Part shown: piece after piece, positions 57,401 through 64,000 of the stretch | Layout of the letters: each line of letters opens with the position of its first letter | How positions within the stretch are numbered: the first letter of the stretch is position 1 | Assembly (NCBI GenBank): GCA_050331735.1 | Contig: JBHJGN010000039.1 | Coordinates: 39,624-103,623 of the forward strand | DNA from: Cyanophyceae cyanobacterium | GTDB lineage: Bacteria; Cyanobacteriota; Cyanobacteriia; Cyanobacteriales; JBHJGN01 | Length of the DNA: 64,000 bases | Direction of reading: 5' to 3' | Position numbers and translations under genes: made by a program | Notes under the pieces: model-generated | What the model saw: only the letters and a program-made list of their open reading frames with translations | What the model was told of the DNA's origin: nothing | Database searches by the model: none

Positions 57401-57838
57401 TTAGCCCACGTTAACCTTAACGACTTTGTTCTTCTCTTCTTCAGCTTTGGGTAGAGTGAGATTGAGGATGCCGTCTTTATATTCAGCGTTGACGCTGTTA
57501 TTTTGAATGCGTGTCGGGAGAGAAATGACGCGACGGAAGCTGCCATAGCGGAATTCACTGCGGGTCATGCCTTTTTCTTCTGTTTTAGTTTCTTCTTTGC
57601 GCTCGCCGCTAATAGCGATCGCTTCAGCAGAAACCTGAATGTCAAGATCCTTGGCATCCATCCCTGGAACTTCCAGCTTGAGATGAATTGCTTCAGGGGT
57701 TTCTTCCATTTCCGCCGCTGGTACAAAAGCCGCACCGAGTTCTTCGGTATTTGTTGAGGATAAGCCATCAAATAAACGGTTCATGTCTCTCTGTAGGCGA
57801 GTCATTTCTTGGAAAGGTTCCCAACGAATTAAAGCCAT
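57401..57838 (-). CDS. hspA: Hsp20 small heat-shock protein
   Basis: MALIRWEPF...RSEFRYGSFRRVI...AEYKDGILNLTLPK. Confidence 0.93.
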   Translation of the reverse strand: MALIRWEPFQEMTRLQRDMNRLFDGLSSTNTEELGAAFVPAAEMEETPEAIHLKLEVPGMDAKDLDIQVSAEAIAISGERKEETKTEEKGMTRSEFRYGSFRRVISLPTRIQNNSVNAEYKDGILNLTLPKAEEEKNKVVKVNVG

Positions 57839-57940
57839 AATTACTACCTCCTAGTTGCTTCAATTATTAGTTTAGTCAGTGATTCATTAAATAACGTTCG
57901 GCTACCTAGAAAATCGATTTCTTTATTGCCGAACAGCTAT

Positions 57941-58375
57941 TTAGCCAACATTAACCTTAACCACTTTGTTTTTTTCTTCTGCTGCTTTGGGCAGAGTTAG
58001 ATGAAGAATTCCGTCTTTGTACTCGGCGGTAACATCTGTATTCTGTACGCGCACAGGCAGGGAAATAACCCGACGGAAGCTGCCATAGCGGAACTCGCTA
58101 CGCTTAGTGCCTTCACTATCAGTACGAGAAACCGACTTACGCTCGCCGCTAATAGAAACTGCCTCAGCAGAAACCTGAATGTCGATATTTTGAGCATCCA
58201 TCCCCGGAACTTCCAGCTTCAGCAGGATTGCTTCAGGCGTATCAGTCATTTCTGCTGCGGGGACAAAAGCGGCTCTGTCCCTTTTTTGTTCAGGGGATAA
58301 ACTCTCAAAAAGACGATTCATGTCTCTTTGTAGGCTATTCATTTCTTGAAAAGGTTCCCAGCGCATTAAAGCCAT
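57941..58375 (-). CDS. hspA: Hsp20 small heat-shock protein (tandem paralog)
   Basis: MALMRWEPF...; GGAGG before ATG 58375; highly similar to 57401..57838. Confidence 0.93.
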   Translation of the reverse strand: MALMRWEPFQEMNSLQRDMNRLFESLSPEQKRDRAAFVPAAEMTDTPEAILLKLEVPGMDAQNIDIQVSAEAVSISGERKSVSRTDSEGTKRSEFRYGSFRRVISLPVRVQNTDVTAEYKDGILHLTLPKAAEEKNKVVKVNVG

Positions 58376-58509
58376 GTTTGTGCCCTCCAAAACTTGGTTG
58401 ATGAGATACGGATCAGAGAGTTTTTATTAGGATTAATTTTAGTTATGTGAGTGATTGAAATTAAATTCAACTCACACTAATAGTTATATAACAACCTCGT
58501 AAAAAGGTA

Positions 58510-58549
58510 GTTCGGTTTTACCCCCTCTCCAAGTTGAGGTTTACCGACT
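58510..58549. promoter_or_regulatory. K-box/Rre1-like inverted sites upstream of the hspA pair
   Basis: GTTCGGTTTTACC on + and AGTCGG-TAAA-CCTCAA on -, close to the K-box GTTCGG-NNAN-CCNNAC. Confidence 0.5.
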
Positions 58550-58567
58550 GAAAGCGGCTTTCGCGCT

Positions 58568-58790
58568 CGGGAAAAGGGGAAAGCGCCACAGGCGCGGGGA
58601 AAAGCAAAGGGGAAGGGGAAAGCGCCACAGGCGCGGGGAAAAGGGCAAAGGGGAAGGGGAAAAGGGATGAATTATATAGCTTGTTCCTTAACCCTGTGTT
58701 CTTTCCCCGTCCCGGAGGGACAGATTTCCCTTTCCCCGTTCCGCCAGGAACAATTTTCCCTTTCCCCGTCCCGGAGGGACAGATTTCCCG
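58568..58790. repeat. Cluster of GGGGAAA heptamer repeats with embedded hairpin units
   Basis: Two GCGCC-ACA-GGCGC units on +, then three ~29-bp units (GTCCC-GGA-GGGAC twice, GTTCC-GCCA-GGAAC once) in the opposite orientation. Confidence 0.85.
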
Positions 58791-58792
58791 CG

Positions 58793-59764
58793 CTAACGGC
58801 GCTTCCCCTTCGTATAAGGAACTCCCAAAGCAGCGGGTGCTTCACTGCGCTTAGTGCGCTGTAGCAAAACGAGCAGCGTGAGGATGTAGGGCAACATGAG
58901 CAGAAACTCGTAGGGCAAGTCATCTGTGCCAAAGGCTTGAATGCGATATTGAAAAGCGTCGGCTAACCCAAACAACAAAGCCCCAAACAGTGCCCTTCCT
59001 GGTCGCCAGCGGGCAAAAAAGACGAGCGCTACGGCAATCCAGCCTCTTCCTGCCGTCACCCCTTCGCGAAACAGATAAAGCTGGGCTACCGTGAGAACGG
59101 CTCCCCCCAAACCCACGAGCGCTGTTCCGAGCAGCAGACTGGTATAGCGAGTACGCTTGACGCTAATTCCGGATGTTTCCGCCGCCGCCGGGTTTTCGCC
59201 GACTGCTCGAATTTGCAGACCCCAGTTGGTGCGAAACAGCAGCAGCCAGCAGCTCAATACTAATAGAAGGCTGATGTACACCATAATGTTATGGGAAAAC
59301 AGCACTTCTCCCAACACCGGAATCTGAGATAGTCCTGGAATGGGCCAGGCTTTTAATCCTTCAATCCGCGCCGTCATCGAAGCAAACTGCTGGCGGTAAA
59401 GGTAAGTCGTTAGTCCCTGTCCAAACAGAACCAGCGTGACCCCGGCAACCACCTGGTCGGCTTTGAATGTCACCGTCATGATCGCCATTAGTAGCCCCAT
59501 CAGCATCCCGGCACCTACGCCAGCGCCTAAACCAATCCAGGCACCCGCTAGCGGAAGTCCGGCACCGTGTTCAATGGCGTGAGCAACCATAAACCCTGCC
59601 AGTCCACCGACTAGCATGACCCCTTCTAAGCCGAGATTAAGAATGCCAGCTCGCTCGGTAATAATTTCGCCAATCACCGCGAGCAGTACTGGTACAGCGA
59701 GACGAATGCCAGCGGCAATTAGAGAAATGAGAAAGCTCCCGGTCAGAATTTGTTCCCACGGCAT
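58793..59764 (-). CDS. ABC transporter permease (nucleoside/sugar, CUT2-type)
   Basis: ERAGILNLGLEG; GLQIRAVGENP.AA...GISV; AGRGWIAVA; LPYILTL. Confidence 0.92.
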   Translation of the reverse strand: MPWEQILTGSFLISLIAAGIRLAVPVLLAVIGEIITERAGILNLGLEGVMLVGGLAGFMVAHAIEHGAGLPLAGAWIGLGAGVGAGMLMGLLMAIMTVTFKADQVVAGVTLVLFGQGLTTYLYRQQFASMTARIEGLKAWPIPGLSQIPVLGEVLFSHNIMVYISLLLVLSCWLLLFRTNWGLQIRAVGENPAAAETSGISVKRTRYTSLLLGTALVGLGGAVLTVAQLYLFREGVTAGRGWIAVALVFFARWRPGRALFGALLFGLADAFQYRIQAFGTDDLPYEFLLMLPYILTLLVLLQRTKRSEAPAALGVPYTKGKRR

Positions 59765-59863
59765 AACTAGTAGAGATTGGGAATTAGCGAGTGGAGATTT
59801 AATGGCGGAAACACTACCCAGTGTAGTCTGATTAAGATGTAGTGAGGTTGGATTTGAGTAGCA

Positions 59864-60406
59864 ATGATGTCATCAACTTTTCATAGTTCAAGTATCAGTT
59901 CCTTGGAGGACTGGATGCACATTGCCCCTGAAAACACAGAATGGGTCGATGGGGAACTGGTAGAAAAGAACGGTATGACCTTAAAGCATAGTCGGATACA
60001 GGCTAAACTAGCTACCTACTGGAAAAACTACCTCAATTCTAGTCAGCAGGGAGGAGAAGTCTATACAGAAGTGCCCTGTCGCACCCAACAGCAAGGTCGT
60101 CGTCCTGATGTTGCCTATCTAACTCCCGAATTAGTGGCTCAATACGGCGAGGAGGCGGTACTGCCCCAAAGTTTTCCCTTGAGTGCTGAGATTGTTTCTC
60201 CGACTGACTTGGCAGAAGAGGTGATTGCTAAAGCCAGAGAATATTTACAGTCTGGCGGTGAGGAAGTGTGGCTCGTATTTCCTGAGAATCGCTGGATTAT
60301 TGTTGTCACGCAGGAAGCAAGAACAATTTTTGTATCTGGTGAGGTTGCTAGCACTCAAAAGGTTTTACCAGGCTTTACAGTAGCCGTGGATGAATTAGTG
60401 GGGTAG
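59864..60406 (+). CDS. Uma2-family (DUF820) endonuclease-like protein
   Basis: E.VDGEL, H, RRPDVAY, AEIVSPTD, K..EYL..G..EVWLV.P, VLPGF. Confidence 0.92.
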   Translation: MMSSTFHSSSISSLEDWMHIAPENTEWVDGELVEKNGMTLKHSRIQAKLATYWKNYLNSSQQGGEVYTEVPCRTQQQGRRPDVAYLTPELVAQYGEEAVLPQSFPLSAEIVSPTDLAEEVIAKAREYLQSGGEEVWLVFPENRWIIVVTQEARTIFVSGEVASTQKVLPGFTVAVDELVG

Positions 60407-60524
60407 GGTGGCGATCGCCGCGCTGAGAGACTGTCGTTAATTGTTCGTGGTTCCTTGCTTCTGGCTTTATTTATAACAATTGTTTGATATAATATAAACA
60501 GTACAAGATTAAACACCGCAACCG

Positions 60525-61136
60525 ATGCCGAAAATTGTTGACCACGATCGCTACCGCCACGAACTGCTGATGAAGTGCTTCGATCTGTTTGCCCAAAAGG
60601 GCTACGGGTCGGTGACGATGCGGCAGATTGCGGTGGAGCTTGGCGTTTCGACGGGAACACTGTATCACTACTTTCCCAGTAAAGAGGCGCTGTTTGTGCA
60701 GCTTATCGAGGAAATTACCGAACAGGATATTCTTAAAGCGAATGAGATTGCAGCAGGAGAAACCATCGCAGAGCGCATCCGAGCGCTCAGTCAATTCTTA
60801 CAAGAGAACGAAGACTACTTCCTCAAGCAAATTTTTCTCTGTATCAATTTTTTTCAGCAGCAGGATTTAGCCCAAGAGCCACTGCTAGAAGCGCTTAAGC
60901 GTTCTAATCGACGCTACCAAAAAGCAATTGTTGAGTATCTGGGCCTCGAAAATCGAGCGATCGCCAATCACGTTGCCTGTCTTTTTGATGGTCTAATTTC
61001 TTACCGAGCCTTCGATCCGGACTTAATGTCGTTTTCAGAACAAACAGAACTCCTCGCCCAACTGTTATCTGTTTATTTAGAGAAGCAGCAGTTACTAACA
61101 TCATCTCTGGAAAGTCAAGCGACCGATGCAGGGTAG
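60525..61136 (+). CDS. TetR/AcrR-family transcriptional regulator
   Basis: MPKIVDH...LFAQKGY...TMRQIA..LGVSTGTLYHYFPSKEALF. Confidence 0.95.
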   Translation: MPKIVDHDRYRHELLMKCFDLFAQKGYGSVTMRQIAVELGVSTGTLYHYFPSKEALFVQLIEEITEQDILKANEIAAGETIAERIRALSQFLQENEDYFLKQIFLCINFFQQQDLAQEPLLEALKRSNRRYQKAIVEYLGLENRAIANHVACLFDGLISYRAFDPDLMSFSEQTELLAQLLSVYLEKQQLLTSSLESQATDAG

Positions 61137-61198
61137 GGGAAAAAGGGGAAATAGTTCCGATCGGAACGGGGAAAGGGTAAGGGGGAAAGGGGAAGGGC
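61136..61198 (+). repeat. GGGGAAA heptamers with GTTCC-GATC-GGAAC hairpin unit
   Basis: Same unit family as at 30567, 47880, 58700 and 63700. Confidence 0.75.
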
Positions 61199-61265
61199 TT
61201 CAGCTCTCTTTGGTTTGTGTGGCATCACTATTAAGAAATGACATAACATCATCGGGGAAAAATAC

Positions 61266-62453
61266 ATGATCGTGTTGAAAAAAGCGAACCGTTGGCTAAT
61301 CGGTCTTTTAATCACTGTTCCTGCCCTCGCTGGCGCAGTGAGCCTGTGGATGACGCTAGAAAACGAGAGGAGTCCGTCTTCTCCAGCAGAGGTGGCTCCC
61401 CCTCAAAAAGTCACCGCTTTAGGACGCTTAGAGCCGCAATCAGAAGTGATTCATCTGTTTGCCCCCCTAGCCCTCGATGGTGATCGCGTAGCTCAACTCC
61501 TGGTTAAGCAGGGGGACTGGGTAGAGGCCAATCAAGTGGTTGCTATTCTTGAAAGTCGTGCTCGCCTCCAGGCAGAATTCGCTGAAGCGCAAAAAGCGGT
61601 GCGGGTGGCGCAGGCAAAGCTAGCGCAGGTCAAGGCAGGAGCCAAAACGGGAGAGATCGAGGCCCAGAGGGCGGCGATCTCTCGTTTAGAAGCAGAACAA
61701 CGCACCGAAATTGAGGCTCAACGAGCTAATATCTCTCGCCTAGCAACTCAGCTTGCCAATGCAGAGATAGAACACCAGCGGCATCACACCCTGTATCAAC
61801 AGGGAGCCATTTCCGCTTCGCTGCGAGACAGCAAACGCACGGAGTATCTTACCAGTGAGCAGCAGCTTGCTGAAGCCCAGGCGACTCTCAAGCGCATCCA
61901 AACCGCCAAGCAACAAGAACTCAATCAAGCCAGAGCCACTTTGGACCACATTGCTGAAGTTCGTCCTGTGGATGTGGAAGTCGCTCAAACAGAAATTGAA
62001 CAGGCGATCGCTGCTGCTGAGCGAGCTGAAACTGAGCTAGCGCAGGCTTCTGTGCGGTCCCCAGTCGCGGGTCAAGTCCTCAAAATTGAAGCCTATCCGG
62101 GAGAAACGATCGGCGATAACGGTATTGTGCAGCTTGGACAAACCGACCAAATGCAGGCGATCGCAGAAGTTTATCAAACCGATATTCATAAAGTTCGCCC
62201 AGGACAGCGAGCGACAGTGACAGGCAATGGGTTGGCAGACACACTACATGGAACGGTAAACGAGATCGGGCTACAGATAGAGCGGCAAAAGGTGTTTAGC
62301 AATGAACCGGGTGAAAACCTCGACCGCCGTGTAGTTGAAGTCGAAATTCATCTTACTCCTGAAGATAGTCAGCGAGTGGCTGGCTTAACTAATTTACAGG
62401 TTCAGGCCGCTATCTGGCTAGAAGAGGAGCGCCAAGCAACCCACTTGCCCTAA
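61266..62453 (+). CDS. devB: DevB-family ABC exporter membrane fusion protein
   Basis: VTALGRLEP, LLVKQGD, coiled coil, EVRPVDV, AEVYQTDI, DRRVVEV, LTNLQV. Confidence 0.9.
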   Translation: MIVLKKANRWLIGLLITVPALAGAVSLWMTLENERSPSSPAEVAPPQKVTALGRLEPQSEVIHLFAPLALDGDRVAQLLVKQGDWVEANQVVAILESRARLQAEFAEAQKAVRVAQAKLAQVKAGAKTGEIEAQRAAISRLEAEQRTEIEAQRANISRLATQLANAEIEHQRHHTLYQQGAISASLRDSKRTEYLTSEQQLAEAQATLKRIQTAKQQELNQARATLDHIAEVRPVDVEVAQTEIEQAIAAAERAETELAQASVRSPVAGQVLKIEAYPGETIGDNGIVQLGQTDQMQAIAEVYQTDIHKVRPGQRATVTGNGLADTLHGTVNEIGLQIERQKVFSNEPGENLDRRVVEVEIHLTPEDSQRVAGLTNLQVQAAIWLEEERQATHLP

Positions 62454-62490
62454 TTTATAACGATCATTAGATATTAAAGGTATACAAACG

Positions 62491-63663
62491 ATGTTTCGCT
62501 TCCGTAAGACTCCCCTAGCATGGCGATTATTAACCAAACAAAAGGCTCGCTTTGCTGTTGCGATCGCCGGTATTGGCTTTGCAGATATCTTGATGTTTGT
62601 CCAGATGGGTTTTCAAGGTGCGCTGTTTGACGCGGCAACGCAGCCCTATCGCGATCTAGATGCAGACTTAATTATTGCCAATCCTCAGTTTGAAACGCTA
62701 TTTGCGGTGCGCAGTACGCCCAGAGAGAGACTGTACCAGGCGGCGGCGGTAGAGGGGGTCGAGTCAGTCAATCCACTCTATATTGCTTCGGCTCAGTGGC
62801 GCAATCCTCGAACCTGGCAAAGCCGCACGATTTTAGTCTGGGGATTTGACCCAGCGAGTCCAGTGTTTAAAGTCCCAGAAATTAACCAACATTTGCCTCA
62901 AATGCGGCAGCTCAACTCTGTGCTGTTCGATCGCGCCAGTCGGCCCGAATACGGACCTATCGCCGAGTTGTTTGACGACGCGGTGGCCCACCAAGGAACT
63001 CTCGAAGCTCAACTCAATGACAGGAATATTTCCGTGGCTGGTTTGTTTACGATGGGAGCCTCTTTTGCCGCTGACGGGAATGTGGTGGTCAGTGATTCCA
63101 CGTTTATGCGTCTGTTTCCCGACCGCACTCCCGATCAAATCGAAGTCGGCTTAATTCGTCTGCAACCCGGCACGGATGTGGAAGTCGTCCGCCGCCAGTT
63201 AGCCAAGCTGCTACCCGACGATGTGATGATTCTGACTCCTGATGGCTTTGCTGAGGTCGAAAAGAATTACTGGGCCAATGGCACGGGCATTGGCTTCATT
63301 TTTGGGCTGGGAACGACGATCGGATTTATCGTAGGCACCGTGATTGTTTATCAAATCCTCTACTCCGATGTCTCCGACCACCTCAGCGAATTTGCCACCC
63401 TAAAAGCCATGGGATACAGCGATCGCTACCTCCTCACGGTTCTTCTCCAGGAAGCCCTGATCTTAGCAGTGATTGGTTTTCTCCCCAGTCTTGTCTTGGC
63501 GACCGGACTCTATCAAATTGTCTACGGGGCTACCCTACTTCCGGTCGCGATGAAAACCGACCGCGCCATCGCTGTTCTGGTGCTCACGGTGGTCATGTGT
63601 GCCGCTTCAGGGGCCATTGCAATGCAAAAACTGAGGAGTGCCGATCCGGCGGATGTGTTTTAA
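62491..63663 (+). CDS. devC: DevC-family ABC transporter permease
   Basis: PLAW, AGIGFADILMF.Q.GF, GASFAADG, VIVYQILYSDV, EFATLKAMGY, KLRSADPADVF. Confidence 0.93.
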   Translation: MFRFRKTPLAWRLLTKQKARFAVAIAGIGFADILMFVQMGFQGALFDAATQPYRDLDADLIIANPQFETLFAVRSTPRERLYQAAAVEGVESVNPLYIASAQWRNPRTWQSRTILVWGFDPASPVFKVPEINQHLPQMRQLNSVLFDRASRPEYGPIAELFDDAVAHQGTLEAQLNDRNISVAGLFTMGASFAADGNVVVSDSTFMRLFPDRTPDQIEVGLIRLQPGTDVEVVRRQLAKLLPDDVMILTPDGFAEVEKNYWANGTGIGFIFGLGTTIGFIVGTVIVYQILYSDVSDHLSEFATLKAMGYSDRYLLTVLLQEALILAVIGFLPSLVLATGLYQIVYGATLLPVAMKTDRAIAVLVLTVVMCAASGAIAMQKLRSADPADVF

Positions 63664-63858
63664 TAGCAATTCTGAAAAGTGGAGCTACAAATACACAGTT
63701 GGGGAAAAGGGGAAAGGGAATGTCCCTGGCGGGACGGGGAAAGGGGAAATAGTTCCTCCGGAACGGGAAAAGGGGAAAGGGAAGTCTGTCGCGTTTACGA
63801 AGTTCTTCTATAGGAAGCACGGGACGGGTCTAGAACACAGGGCTGAGGAACAAAGTTA
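63664..63858. repeat. Related element / GGGGAAA hairpin repeats starting right after the devC stop
   Basis: TAGCAATTCTGAAAAGT resembles the MITE TIR; contains GTCCC-TGGC-GGGAC and GTTCC-TCC-GGAAC units. Confidence 0.55.
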
Positions 63859-64000
63859 TACCATTTACCGAAAGTAGTCAGATAGTTCCTTAAACTCACC
63901 AAGCATTGGAGGTTCAAGGGCAAAGAGCTGCTGTGCTTCCCTTTCCCCTTGACCCCTTCCCCTTTCCCCCAACTCATCAAGTCTCCTATTACTTTTTCTA
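63859..64000. mobile_element. MITE copy 3 (truncated by window end)
   Basis: Nearly identical to 16971-17105 with extra internal heptamers; left flank TTA. Confidence 0.85.

Noticed and set aside
58667..58932. ORFs 58667..58864 and 58672..58932
   Set aside because: They are translations of the hairpin/heptamer repeat and overlap the permease.
59843..59859. Possible seventh box (TGAGG...TGAGT)
   Set aside because: Period is 12 rather than 11 and the CAAR spacer is absent.
1..64000. CRISPR array or cas genes
   Set aside because: No repeat-spacer array seen. The periodic sequences are poly-Asp codons, RTX repeats, pentapeptide repeats and GGGGAAA units.
1..64000. Canonical L-box (TTGCACA-N4-TTGCACA) and gene symbols rcaE/rcaF/rcaC
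   Set aside because: Only isolated TTGCAC(A) hits were noticed. Architectures differ from the Fremyella proteins and orthology cannot be shown by eye, so no symbols were assigned.
1..64000. Abundant GCGATCGC octamers as a novel repeat
   Set aside because: This is HIP1, a well-known cyanobacterial feature.

Overview
Chromosomal window of a cyanobacterium (very dense HIP1 GCGATCGC octamers; CBS-CP12, devBC, pentapeptide-repeat and cyanobacteriochrome genes). It contains secreted or surface proteins (TPS/haemagglutinin-type exoprotein, poly-Asp PEP-CTERM-like metalloprotease, RTX heme peroxidase), a tandem pair of RoxA-like di-heme proteins and a vanadium haloperoxidase. A ~25-kb signalling block (18.8-44.3 kb) holds an RcaE-type green/red GAF kinase, a DXCF cyanobacteriochrome kinase, two RcaC-like and two RcaF-like regulators. 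A proteostasis block follows (lon, USP, three Hsp20, CBS-CP12, infC), then ruvB/hisF/tRNA-Ala(GGC) and tetR-devB-devC. Main result: six intergenic copies of an L-box-like direct repeat (consensus WTCCTCA-CAAR-TTCCTCA), each followed after exactly 11 nt by a TANNNT -10 hexamer. They point at the di-heme pair, a conserved hypothetical gene, a pseudo-RcaF, the lon operon, the heme peroxidase and an Hsp20. This suggests a chromatic-acclimation-type phosphorelay driving a redox/proteostasis regulon instead of phycobilisome genes (inference). Also seen: a MITE family with 3-bp TWA target duplications, a GGGGAAA-embedded hairpin mini-repeat with one in-frame insertion, unannotated small membrane-peptide ORFs and two pseudogenes. 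All calls are by eye and from recalled family motifs; no searches were run.
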